A stretch of DNA of 64,000 bases from Desulfomonilia bacterium (GTDB taxonomy: Bacteria > Desulfobacterota > Desulfomonilia > UBA1062). The translations under genes were made by a program, and so were the position numbers. The DNA is taken from assembly GCA_050014195.1 (NCBI GenBank), contig JBEKDT010000008.1:64001-128000 (forward strand), read 5' to 3'. The notes under the pieces are model-generated. The model saw only the letters and a program-made list of their open reading frames with translations. It was not told the DNA's origin and did not search any database. Below are positions 28,224 to 37,690 of this stretch, in pieces; position 1 is the stretch's first letter; the number at the start of each line of letters is the position of its first letter.

Positions 28224-30761
28224 ATGAGAAACATTCGAAACATCTTCTTCCTGATAGTAGTATTTCTAGCCTTCTTCCCGGATACGGGTATTGCTACTTC
28301 CCTGCAGGTTACCTGGAATGCAAATACAACAGATACGGACCTTGCCGGTTACAAGATATATTGGGGTACGGCGTCAAACACCTATGGCACGCCAAGTGTT
28401 ACCAGTGGGACGACTTATGACATTTCAAGCGTGCAGGCCGGGACCACCTACTATGTGGCAGTGAGCGCCTACGATACATCAGGAAATGAATCGGCAAAAT
28501 CCACGGAACAGAGCGTAACTGTCCCAGCATCGGACACCACACCTCCTTCGGGGACCATTGTCATTAATTCTGGTGCCGCTTCCACCACTTCCACTTCCGT
28601 GACGCTGACCCTGAGTGCCACCGATGCAAGCGGTACGGTAACGGGGATGATGTTCAGCAACGATGGAACGACATACTCCAGTGAAGTCACTTATGCCACA
28701 AGCTATTCATGGACCCTCTCCAGCGGCGTGGGTACCAAGACCGTGTACGCAAAATTCAAGGACAACTCGGGAAATTGGATGACTTCTCCGGCAACTGCAA
28801 CGATTCAACTCGTAGCACCTACGGACACCACCCCCCCCACAGGGAGTTTAGTGATCAACGGTGGTGCTTCCACTACTACCTCTACAACAGTTACCCTTAC
28901 CTTGAGCGCCTCCGATTCAAGCGGTACGGTAACAGGCATGAAGTTCAGCAACGATGGAACGACATACTCCAGTGAGGTCACATTCGCCACAAGTTATCCA
29001 TGGACGCTCTCAAGCGGTTACGGCACCAAGACGGTCTATGCCCTTTTCAAGGATAACTCAGGCAACTGGATGACATCCCCTGCCACCGACACCATACAAT
29101 ATGTAAGCTCCTTGCCGGTGGCCAATGCAGGGACCAATCAGACTCTTGATCCGCAGGACGTGATTCTTGACGGCTCTGCCTCATACGACCCGGGTGGTCA
29201 GACCCTTCAGTACCTCTGGACACAGGTGGGCACCTCCCCCACCACGGTCACGATCAATACCCCGACATCGCAAAAGGCGGACTTTGTAGGGATCAAGGAA
29301 GGTACGTACCAGTTCAAACTGACCTGTACCAATTCGGCAGGCTCATCTTCTGCCACGGTAAGTGTGACGATCAATAATGTTGCCCCAAGCGTGAGTGCCG
29401 GCAGCAATATGACCATCGATGCCGGTACCCAGATTACGCTCCATGCAACCGGTGCGGACTCGAACCAGGATCCTCTCACCTACAAATGGAGCGAAGTATC
29501 GGGCCCGAGTGTGTCCATACCGAGCATGGCCCAGCAGAACATCACCTTTACCCCGACAAATGCCGGTTCGTACATATTCTCCGTGCAGTGCTGCGATGGC
29601 GTCAATTACAGTGCTGCATCCCAGGTCACCGTCACGGTCAATAAGGTCAACCATGCACCTACTGCCAATGCAGGAGTAGAACAAGATGTAGACAAGGGCG
29701 TCACCGTGACCCTTGACGGGACCGGCTCCACCGACCCCGACGGCGACACCCTGACCTACTCCTGGACCGAGGCATCATCCGATCCGGTGAAGGTCACACT
29801 CAGCGGAGCCAGCACCGCAAAGCCCACGTTCGTGGCGAGTACGGTCGGCACCTTCAATTTCAATCTCATTGTTAATGACGGTACGGTCAATTCAACGCCT
29901 TCCAGTGTAGTTGTCAAGGTCGTGTATCTGAATCATCCGCCAGTTGCCAATGCAGGTCCGGATATGCACACCGATGTGGGTTTCGACGTTGTGCTCGACG
30001 CCTCCGGCTCTTATGATCCCGATCTCGACGGGCTCACCTTCACCTGGACCCAGGTTTCCGGGGCCCCGGTGGTGATCCAGAACGCGAATACGATGAACCA
30101 GGCGTTCTTTACGCCAACGACCGCCGGCGTCGATGTGTTCATGGTTACCGTTTCAGATGGGCAGCTATCATCTACGGCCACGGTGACCGTGACCGTGAGC
30201 AACCTGCCTGTTGCCAATGCAGGCAGCAGCATCGTAGCCACCCTCGGCAAGACAGTCACCCTTGACGGCAGCGCCAGCTATGACCCGGCTGGGACGGCCA
30301 TCTCCTACATCTGGGCACAGACCAGCGGCACCCAGCTGTCCCAGAGCAATCCCAACACCGTAAAGCCGTCTTTTACGGCAAGCCAGGCAGGCGTGTATGT
30401 GTTCCAACTGAAGGTCTATGACGGCATAGGCACCAGCAGCCCTTCGAGTGTGACCGTGACGGTCCAGTCCGCTGCCAACCAGATCACCCTGGTCTCTCCG
30501 GCCAATGGAACAGTATGCTCCACAAGTCCGAATCTCACCTGGGCAGGCAGCGGGTTCGATAGCTATACCGCCTATATTTCCATCAATGGCGGCAAGAGTT
30601 ACACCAGGGTCTATTCGGGCAGCGGAACCTCGACCACGTTGCATGCGGTCCTGTGGCAATGGTTCATCCCTTCCGGGACCACCATTACCTGGTATGTGCA
30701 GGGAACTACTACGAGCGGCCAGGTTGTTACGAGCACAACCAGTACATTTATCAGAAAATGA
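28224..30761 (+). CDS. Secreted Thr/Ser-rich surface protein: FN3, two tandem Ig-like repeats, five PKD/K319L-like repeats
   Basis: RBS GGAGG; signal peptide; WNAN..DLAGYKIYWG FN3 domain; DTTPPxG repeats; five PxANAG-type repeats. Confidence 0.88.
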   Translation: MRNIRNIFFLIVVFLAFFPDTGIATSLQVTWNANTTDTDLAGYKIYWGTASNTYGTPSVTSGTTYDISSVQAGTTYYVAVSAYDTSGNESAKSTEQSVTVPASDTTPPSGTIVINSGAASTTSTSVTLTLSATDASGTVTGMMFSNDGTTYSSEVTYATSYSWTLSSGVGTKTVYAKFKDNSGNWMTSPATATIQLVAPTDTTPPTGSLVINGGASTTTSTTVTLTLSASDSSGTVTGMKFSNDGTTYSSEVTFATSYPWTLSSGYGTKTVYALFKDNSGNWMTSPATDTIQYVSSLPVANAGTNQTLDPQDVILDGSASYDPGGQTLQYLWTQVGTSPTTVTINTPTSQKADFVGIKEGTYQFKLTCTNSAGSSSATVSVTINNVAPSVSAGSNMTIDAGTQITLHATGADSNQDPLTYKWSEVSGPSVSIPSMAQQNITFTPTNAGSYIFSVQCCDGVNYSAASQVTVTVNKVNHAPTANAGVEQDVDKGVTVTLDGTGSTDPDGDTLTYSWTEASSDPVKVTLSGASTAKPTFVASTVGTFNFNLIVNDGTVNSTPSSVVVKVVYLNHPPVANAGPDMHTDVGFDVVLDASGSYDPDLDGLTFTWTQVSGAPVVIQNANTMNQAFFTPTTAGVDVFMVTVSDGQLSSTATVTVTVSNLPVANAGSSIVATLGKTVTLDGSASYDPAGTAISYIWAQTSGTQLSQSNPNTVKPSFTASQAGVYVFQLKVYDGIGTSSPSSVTVTVQSAANQITLVSPANGTVCSTSPNLTWAGSGFDSYTAYISINGGKSYTRVYSGSGTSTTLHAVLWQWFIPSGTTITWYVQGTTTSGQVVTSTTSTFIRK
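28533..29105 (+). repeat. Intragenic tandem duplication (291-nt period)
   Basis: DTTPP modules start at 28533 and 28824 and share long identical DNA tracts (e.g. TTCAGCAACGATGGAACGACATACTCCAGTGA). Confidence 0.85.
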
Positions 30762-30787
30762 GGATGCCTGTGGCTGACCCCACATGG

Positions 30788-30820
30788 GGGGATGGGCGAA
30801 TGCCCATCCCCTTTTTATTT
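30788..30820 (+). terminator. Intrinsic terminator
   Basis: GGGGATGGGC-gaat-GCCCATCCCC followed by TTTTTATTT. Confidence 0.88.
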
Positions 30821-30905
30821 GGAATGATAAACTTCGGAAGTGATGAGTGTCATGTCATTTCAGGTTTAGTCACTTATTGTGTATTACTTCTTCACGAACG
30901 GATCA

Positions 30906-31808
30906 CTACCCTGCCAACTGGCTCAGCCTGATGAACAGCTCAGTAGCGGCAATCCTTAAATTGATATTTTCGTTCACGCCTCTCCGCATGGCGCTGATGA
31001 GGGCGGTAATGTTCTCGATCTCTTCCATGTCCGCATACCTTATGGGTATCTGCCGCAGAGACTCGTTCATCACTTTATCGCAGCCGAGGCGAAGCGCCAT
31101 GATATCCCTGATGATGGACTCAACAGCCACGAGCACCTCAGGCAGCACATCCCAGCCTTCAGAATCGAAATATTTTTTTGCCAGCAATGCCGGATTGCTG
31201 CCTCCAAGCAGTGCGATGATCTCATGGTGCAAGGCATGGGACTCACCGATTTCCTGATGTCCGTCACCTGTTTGCAGGGCACCACTTCCATCCCGGGAAA
31301 GATCAACATCCTCATCCTCACTGAAACGGATGAGCTGGCAGCGTGAGACGATGGTGGGCAGTAAGAGCTTCGGCCTATGGCTGATAAGGAAGATCACTGT
31401 GCTGGAAGGCGGCTCTTCAAGGGTTTTGAGAAGGGCATTGGCGCTTTCTGTGTTCAGGTGCTCTGCCGGCTCGACAATGATACACTTCATGCGCGCTTCA
31501 AAGGGCTTCAAGCCAACGTCTACAAGGACTTCCCTCACATCATCCACCTTGATCCACCTGGTGAGAGGATTCAACTCGGTAAGGTCAGGATGATAGCCCG
31601 CCATTACCTTAAGGCAGCTCCTGCACTTATCACACGCATCCCCGTTGTCTTCCAGGCAATTCAGGGCCTTGAAGAACTCCTTGGCCATCCGGGTCTTGCC
31701 AAGGCCGAAGGCGCCTGCAAACAGGAATGCATGGGGGACCTTGCCGGATAGGCAGTAGGATCTCATCAAATCGATAATCTTGCTGTGGCCCGTTATGTCT
31801 TTCCACAT
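30906..31808 (-). CDS. holB: DNA polymerase III delta-prime subunit
   Basis: HAFLFAG..GLGKT, C..CDKCRSC zinc site, HPD, ANALLKTLEEPP and TIVSRC motifs. Confidence 0.9.
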   Translation of the reverse strand: MWKDITGHSKIIDLMRSYCLSGKVPHAFLFAGAFGLGKTRMAKEFFKALNCLEDNGDACDKCRSCLKVMAGYHPDLTELNPLTRWIKVDDVREVLVDVGLKPFEARMKCIIVEPAEHLNTESANALLKTLEEPPSSTVIFLISHRPKLLLPTIVSRCQLIRFSEDEDVDLSRDGSGALQTGDGHQEIGESHALHHEIIALLGGSNPALLAKKYFDSEGWDVLPEVLVAVESIIRDIMALRLGCDKVMNESLRQIPIRYADMEEIENITALISAMRRGVNENINLRIAATELFIRLSQLAG

Positions 31809-31835
31809 GAAGCTATTCCACCATAAATTGATGAA

Positions 31836-31940
31836 AGTTTTAAGTGGTAAGTTTTAAGTTGCAGGATCTAATGCAAAAGACCAGTGTGAGTACCTTGATT
31901 CAGAATCAATTTTAACACTTAAAACCTCAAACTTAAAACC
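31836..31940. repeat. Inverted pair of heptamer tandem arrays (hairpin element)
   Basis: Left arm AGTTTTA AGTGGTA AGTTTTA AGTT; right arm CACTT AAAACCT CAAACTT AAAACC; the arms are imperfect reverse complements about 55 nt apart. Confidence 0.65.
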
Positions 31941-32090
31941 TCCTAACTTATACGCCATGAGATCCCTTTGCATATTCATTTATTCTCCCTCTTGATAACC
32001 ACCCGTAAGTGCAAAAGCCGCACCTTGACTTGAAGGGTCCTTTTCAGTTAAAAAACCTAAGCTTAATGATTCGGGTTAATAGGAGGATCG

Positions 32091-34175
32091 ATGAGGAAGT
32101 TTCGCACGGAAAACTTAAGAGATGTGATCATCATGTCACAATCCGGCGCTGGAAAGACATCGCTCGGCGAGGCCTTTTTGTTTAATGCCAAAGCCACCAC
32201 TAGGCTCGGTAAGGTGCTTGACGGGAATACCGTTCTCGACTTCGAGCCGGAGGAAGTCAAGCGCCAGTCTTCCATCTTCAGCGCCCTGCACAACTTCAAA
32301 TGGAAGAACACCGGGGTTATCATGCTGGACACCCCCGGTGATACCAACTTTACCTCTGAGGTCATCCTCGGCCTGAAATCGTGCGACAATGCATTGTTCG
32401 TCATCGATGCCATTGACTCGATCAAACCCTATTCTGAGAACCTTTGGAGAATGGCGAGCGCAGAAGGCCTGACCAGGACCTGTTTCGTCAGCAAGATGGA
32501 CAGGGAGCGCGCCAATTTTGAACAGGTACTCACTGATATTGCAGAAGTCTTTGAGATCAAGCCATTGCCCATGACATTGCCCATCGGCGCTGAAGACAGC
32601 TTTGCGGGTGTGGTGGACGTGCTCAAGAAGAAGGCCTTCCTCTTTGAGAAAGACGGTTCAGGCTCCTTTAAAGAGGCCCCTGTCCCCGCAAACATGCAGG
32701 ATCAGCTTGAGGAAATCTATGGGAAGGTCATCGAGGACCTGGCCGAGGTAGATGACGCCTTAATGGAAAAGTACCTTGAGGGCGGCGAACTCTCTCAGGC
32801 AGAACTCGACAATGCGCTGGCAGCAGGGCTTGCCAAAGGCCTGTTTCTCCCGGTCTTCTGCGGATCGGCGTTGCTGAACATGGGCATACATCCCCTCATG
32901 GATTTTATCAGTTCCTCATTCATCACACCTGAAAAGAGGGCAATACCCCTTTTGAAAAACAGTAAAGGGGAAACGAAAGAATACAAACCTTTCGAAGACC
33001 AGCCGTTCTGCGGCTATGTATTCAAGACCATGAGCGACCCGTATACGGGGACACTCAGCATCATACGGTGCCTCTCGGGCAGCTTAAGCCCCGATTCAAA
33101 TGTCTATAACGCCAAACGTGAGATAAAAGAGCGGGTGGGCACAATCCTCATGCTCGAAGGCAAGGCCCAGAAGCCCCTCGAAACGGTAGGCCCGGGCGAC
33201 ATCTTCGCGGTAGCAAAGCTGAAAGAGACAAAGACGGGCGACACGCTGCTTTCAGAGTCTCTCGCCTTTACGCTTCCAAGCCCGACATTCCCCGAGCCCA
33301 TCATGAACATGGCGGTAACCCCCAAGACCAAGGCCGATGTGGAGAAGATTATGCCTGCGTTCCATAAGATCATGGATGAAGACCCGGTTCTCAAGGTGTT
33401 CCGCGACGAGCAGACCGGCGAATTCATCCTGTCGGGCCTTGGCCAGCTCCACATCGAGATCGCGGTGGACAGGCTCAAGAGAAGGTACGGTGTTGAAGTG
33501 GATCTCAAGACACCGAAGGTTCCCTACAAAGAGACCATCACCGCCAGCGCCGAGGTGCAGGGTAAACACAAGAAGCAGACCGGAGGCCATGGCCAATTCG
33601 GTGACTGCTGGCTCAGAGTGGAACCTCAGGAACGCGGCAAGGGCTTTGAGTTCATTAACGGCATCGTGGGCGGCGTCATTCCAAGGCAGTATATCCCGGC
33701 AGTGGAAAAGGGCGTGATCGAGGCCATGCAGGCAGGCCCCCTTGCAGGAAACCCTGTGGTGGATATAAAGGTCACTGTGTATTTCGGCTCATACCACGAG
33801 GTGGATTCATCTGAAATGGCCTTCAAGATAGCAGGCTCTCTGGCCTTTAAGAAGGCCATGGAACAGTGCAAGCCGATCCTGCTTGAACCGATCATGAATA
33901 TCACCGTGACAGTGCCTGAGGAATGCATGGGTGATGTCATGGGCGACCTCAACAGTCGCAGGGCAAAGATAGAGGGTATGAACTCCCGGGGCAAGTACCA
34001 GGAACTCAAGGCCCAGATACCCCTGGCCGAGGTTCTCACCTATGCTGCCAGCCTTACATCCATAACTTCGGGAAGGGGTACGTTCACCATGGGCTTCTCA
34101 CACCTGGACCCGGTGCCGTTCAATCTCCAGGAGAAGATCGTCGAGGAGGCGAAGGCGGCAAAAGATGGAAAATAA
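32091..34175 (+). CDS. fusA: Elongation factor G paralog (EF-G II)
   Basis: GAGKTS, DTPG, SKMD, KKQTGGHGQFG and VDSSEMAFK motifs; the divergent G-domain indicates a paralog. Confidence 0.9.
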   Translation: MRKFRTENLRDVIIMSQSGAGKTSLGEAFLFNAKATTRLGKVLDGNTVLDFEPEEVKRQSSIFSALHNFKWKNTGVIMLDTPGDTNFTSEVILGLKSCDNALFVIDAIDSIKPYSENLWRMASAEGLTRTCFVSKMDRERANFEQVLTDIAEVFEIKPLPMTLPIGAEDSFAGVVDVLKKKAFLFEKDGSGSFKEAPVPANMQDQLEEIYGKVIEDLAEVDDALMEKYLEGGELSQAELDNALAAGLAKGLFLPVFCGSALLNMGIHPLMDFISSSFITPEKRAIPLLKNSKGETKEYKPFEDQPFCGYVFKTMSDPYTGTLSIIRCLSGSLSPDSNVYNAKREIKERVGTILMLEGKAQKPLETVGPGDIFAVAKLKETKTGDTLLSESLAFTLPSPTFPEPIMNMAVTPKTKADVEKIMPAFHKIMDEDPVLKVFRDEQTGEFILSGLGQLHIEIAVDRLKRRYGVEVDLKTPKVPYKETITASAEVQGKHKKQTGGHGQFGDCWLRVEPQERGKGFEFINGIVGGVIPRQYIPAVEKGVIEAMQAGPLAGNPVVDIKVTVYFGSYHEVDSSEMAFKIAGSLAFKKAMEQCKPILLEPIMNITVTVPEECMGDVMGDLNSRRAKIEGMNSRGKYQELKAQIPLAEVLTYAASLTSITSGRGTFTMGFSHLDPVPFNLQEKIVEEAKAAKDGK

Positions 34176-34599
34176 CGGGTCGGATTCCATCAGGAGTCTG
34201 TTCCAGAAAATCCAGACAATGACTGTCTCGGAAAAGCTCGACCTCGCGCGCAGGGCATCCAAGGAGGCCCGGTCGATCCTTATTCGCGATTCCAACAAGC
34301 TCGTCCAGCTTGCGGTGGTTAACTCCCCGAAGATCACCGAGAGCGAGATAATAGGCCTTGCCAGTAATAGGCAGGTGAGCGAAGACGTCCTCAAAGAAAT
34401 CGCCATGAACAGGGAGTGGCTGAGAAACTACCAGGTAAGGCTCGCACTGGCGAACAACCCCAAGACCCCGCTCTCCGTCGCCATGGCACAGGTAACCTAC
34501 CTCAACCAGCGTGATCTTGGGCTGCTGGCAAAGAGCAAGGGCGTGCCCAGGCCCATAGTTATAGCAGCCCAGGGCAGGCTCAAGGAAGTGAAGCGGTGA
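34165..34599 (+). CDS. Conserved hypothetical helical-repeat protein
   Basis: RSILIRDSNKLV...NPKTP motifs; overlaps both neighbours in an operon. Confidence 0.75.
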   Translation: MENNGSDSIRSLFQKIQTMTVSEKLDLARRASKEARSILIRDSNKLVQLAVVNSPKITESEIIGLASNRQVSEDVLKEIAMNREWLRNYQVRLALANNPKTPLSVAMAQVTYLNQRDLGLLAKSKGVPRPIVIAAQGRLKEVKR

Positions 34600-35084
34600 A
34601 GAGGGCAGGGGTCATCACCCTGAGCGACAAGGGTTCTCAAGGGCTGCGTCAGGACTTAAGCGGCCCCATCATCAAGGAGATCCTCACAGCCTTAAACATA
34701 TCAGTGGAGATGGCCGAAATCATCCCCGACGACTATGACCTCATCAGAAACCGTCTCATCTCCTGGTGTGATGAGCACCGCCTCGACCTCATCGTCACTA
34801 CCGGCGGTACCGGGCTATCCTTAAGGGATGTGACACCTGATGCCACACTTTCAGTCATCGACAAGCGCGTCCCCGGCATGGAAGAGGTGATGCGTGCAGA
34901 GAGCCTCAAAAAGACCCCCCATGCCATGATCTCCAGGGCCGTAGCTGGTGTCAGGAAGCATACCCTCATTGTCAATGTACCCGGCAGCCCCAAGGGGGCG
35001 AGGGAGTGCCTCGAAAGTATCGCACATGCCTTGCCCCACGCCTTGGACAAGCTTGGCGGGGACATGAGCGACTGCGCGCAGTAA
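34596..35084 (+). CDS. mog: Molybdopterin adenylyltransferase (MogA/MoaB family)
   Basis: ITLSDKG, DLSGP, TTGGTG..RDVTPDAT, SRAVAG and NVPGSPKG motifs. Confidence 0.92.
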   Translation: MKRAGVITLSDKGSQGLRQDLSGPIIKEILTALNISVEMAEIIPDDYDLIRNRLISWCDEHRLDLIVTTGGTGLSLRDVTPDATLSVIDKRVPGMEEVMRAESLKKTPHAMISRAVAGVRKHTLIVNVPGSPKGARECLESIAHALPHALDKLGGDMSDCAQ

Positions 35085-35109
35085 AGTTTTTTTGTGCTGA
35101 TGCCGTAAC
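35082..35109 (+). promoter_or_regulatory. Putative sigma28 (FliA) promoter of the PhcB-like gene
   Basis: TAAAGTTT-N12-GCCGTAAC versus the consensus TAAAGTTT-N11-GCCGATAA. Confidence 0.45.
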
Positions 35110-35171
35110 AGTAAACGTAATGTGGCTGAATTATTATGCGGGCATTTCCATATCTGATGAGGTGAGAAGGA

Positions 35172-36632
35172 TTGAGGCTCAAGCGTGATCTGAGATACAC
35201 CGTGGAGGCCGGTGACACCAGTAAAACCATCCACTTCCACGACTTCCAGAAGACCGAGCATATCTGCCCGGTCAAGGATTACTCCCGTACCGGGGCATCC
35301 TTCTATCTTGAAGACGGCAGCCTCCTTCTGAAGATCGGAGACATCATCCCTGACCTTAAGTTCTACTCTTTCAACCAGGAAGTTCATGCCTCCGGGGCAA
35401 CCATCATCCATATCCAGGATGAGGAGCAGGGCGGTCAGGCGGTATCCTGCATCGGCTGTTCATACAATGACAAGTCCATGGATGTCTATTCCATCATAAG
35501 GACCGACAAGATCACCAAGCTCCAGAATGATTTTTTGGACTTTGTCCAGTCCATGGCCATTGAGGAGAACCTCGACCCGGAGTTCGTCAACATCACCTCC
35601 CACCTCCACTACATCCTAGACGGGTTTCAGGAGAGGCTAGTCCAGGACTTCCAAACCATACACAGCGAAGACGAGTCCCTTCAAGGCGCATTGGTGGAGA
35701 CCCTGCGGGAACTTGCCTTTGATGCATTGTTCGATGAGTTGAATCGCTATTATGACGATTTTACCAGGATCATCAGCCGTTTCGCCGACTCCAAACAGCA
35801 TTACATACATAGAGAATTCTTCCAGAAACGCCTTCATTCTTACCTGTCAAAGTCCAGGCTGTTCAACCGGAGCATCACCAAGCCTTTGGGGTATGCAGGC
35901 GATTACGAGATGATGAATATCATCTACCGCAACGCCTTCGAGGGCGAAGACCTTTTCTCTCAGGTGCTGAATAAAGTCGATTGCGAGGGCACTGCTTCGA
36001 GGGCCGTGAGAAACCGTCGGTCGTACTTATACAAGAAGCTTAAGGGTCTTGTAACAAACAATACTTCAAGCAATGACCTCAAGATCATGAGCGTGGCCTG
36101 CGGCCCGGCCCTTGAACTCGCCGACCTGCTCAAAAGTTTTGAAGGAAAGACCTTGCCGTTTCATGTTGAATTCATTGCCATGGACCAGGACAACCTTGCC
36201 CTTGAAGATGCCAAGGCCCGGACCAAACCGCTGGTGAAGGATATCCCTCAGATGAGGTTCCACTTTGAGCAGGACAACATCAAGCGGCTCATCGTAGAAA
36301 AAGGTAACAACAAAGGTATTTATGGCGAAGCGGATTTCGTCTATTCTGCGGGGCTGTTCGACTATCTCTCCGACAGGGCGTCCAACAGGCTCATCAAAAA
36401 ACTTTACAGCTTCCTCAAACCCGGCGGCCTCCTGGTGATAGGAAATTTCGGCCCATATAACCCACAGAGATTCATCATGGAATTCGGTGCAGAATGGTTC
36501 CTGATCCATCGGAACGAATTCGAGCTCAAGGCGCTTGCCGGCGATCTGCCGGGAAATCCCACCCTAATCGTAGAAAAGGAACCGGAGGGAGTAAATCTCT
36601 TTCTCAATATACTAAAGCCCGTAGATGCTTAA
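35172..36632 (+). CDS. PhcB-like class I SAM-dependent methyltransferase with a PilZ-like N-terminal domain
   Basis: KPLGYAGDYEM, RAVRNR, SVACGPA, YSAGLFDYLSD, NP...ME...EW.LIHR and GVNLF motifs recalled from Ralstonia PhcB; N-terminal KRDLR and DYSRTG; TTG start (in-frame stop upstream). Confidence 0.8.
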   Translation: MRLKRDLRYTVEAGDTSKTIHFHDFQKTEHICPVKDYSRTGASFYLEDGSLLLKIGDIIPDLKFYSFNQEVHASGATIIHIQDEEQGGQAVSCIGCSYNDKSMDVYSIIRTDKITKLQNDFLDFVQSMAIEENLDPEFVNITSHLHYILDGFQERLVQDFQTIHSEDESLQGALVETLRELAFDALFDELNRYYDDFTRIISRFADSKQHYIHREFFQKRLHSYLSKSRLFNRSITKPLGYAGDYEMMNIIYRNAFEGEDLFSQVLNKVDCEGTASRAVRNRRSYLYKKLKGLVTNNTSSNDLKIMSVACGPALELADLLKSFEGKTLPFHVEFIAMDQDNLALEDAKARTKPLVKDIPQMRFHFEQDNIKRLIVEKGNNKGIYGEADFVYSAGLFDYLSDRASNRLIKKLYSFLKPGGLLVIGNFGPYNPQRFIMEFGAEWFLIHRNEFELKALAGDLPGNPTLIVEKEPEGVNLFLNILKPVDA

Positions 36633-36639
36633 GACCTAA

Positions 36640-37661
36640 CAAGTCTTGCCTCTCAGAAATGTGCGAACGATGACAATACCTGTTAACCTTGTCCATAAGC
36701 CAACTTATAGCACCTTTCTCGTACTAAAGTTGTCATGAACCATAAAATAATATCCAATATTATTTGTTATTCCATCTAGCTATTAAATATTCATTGCCCC
36801 TAAAAACAACCGATAAGCCCTTAGATTGGTATATTTTTTCAAGAGTCGCAAGTTGCTGCAATGATAAAACATCATCGTGATAAATATATATTCTTCCTGA
36901 AAAGGAAAGGTCTTTTGAAGATGTTTGCTGTGAATCACCCACAAATCCACCAGTTATTATAGTGGATGATTCAATATTATCCATTGTTTTTTTATACTCT
37001 TCAGATATCAATCCACAGGCGATATAAGAACTATTGGATATTGGCCCGGATGCTGGAATATAGAAGCCAATGAATTTTGATTTACCCTGAAAATCAAAAT
37101 ATTCTGTCGCATATAACGTGATAGTTTTTCCATTAGATAGATTGGCCTTCATTTCGATTGATTGTCTTAATAATGTATTAAAATCAGTTTTAAAAAGCTC
37201 ATGAAGACTTGGGGATGCTTGGTTTGGTACTATCTTAGAAGAGGATTGTTTTTGAGCCATTTGTTTATTCCATGAATGTTCTCTGTCGCTTACCCATCTT
37301 ATCGAACATAGCCACAAAGAACCAATAATACCAAAAATTATAAAAGCAAAGATTGTTAACTGATATTTACTTGCGGATTGTTCGAACGATAGCCACCAAC
37401 CAATGCGGGCCAATAGAATAGCGGCAGCAAATGAAAAGGAAACGTGGGCGATTGTGAATGATGGGGGATTCATACTTAACACCCCTACTCCGACGCCAAT
37501 GAGCACAGGGCATATACATAATACAGTAGTCCAACTAAACAGCCACCCCCACATATAATAATTTTAACACTAATTCTGCTTAGATTAAATATATAATATG
37601 GCGTTGCTGGAATTGTGGTCGGTTTTGGAATTAACCAAACTGACCCACTACCCAAGTCTTG
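36640..37661. mobile_element. Small AT-rich insert bounded by the 9-bp direct repeat CAAGTCTTG
   Basis: Visibly AT-rich; CAAGTCTTG at 36640-36648 and 37653-37661; no transposase. Confidence 0.35.
36760..37554 (-). CDS. Hypothetical membrane protein (about 3 TM plus a soluble domain)
   Basis: 264-aa ORF in AT-rich DNA, with hydrophobic N-terminal segments. Confidence 0.65.
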   Translation of the reverse strand: MWGWLFSWTTVLCICPVLIGVGVGVLSMNPPSFTIAHVSFSFAAAILLARIGWWLSFEQSASKYQLTIFAFIIFGIIGSLWLCSIRWVSDREHSWNKQMAQKQSSSKIVPNQASPSLHELFKTDFNTLLRQSIEMKANLSNGKTITLYATEYFDFQGKSKFIGFYIPASGPISNSSYIACGLISEEYKKTMDNIESSTIITGGFVGDSQQTSSKDLSFSGRIYIYHDDVLSLQQLATLEKIYQSKGLSVVFRGNEYLIARWNNK

Positions 37662-37690
37662 GGATATCTTGACTGTTCCTTTTGAAAACC

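Noticed and set aside
28533-30480. Repeats in the surface-protein gene considered as a CRISPR array or a DGR template/variable pair
   Set aside because: They are in-frame protein domain repeats with differences not restricted to adenines; there are no cas or reverse transcriptase genes
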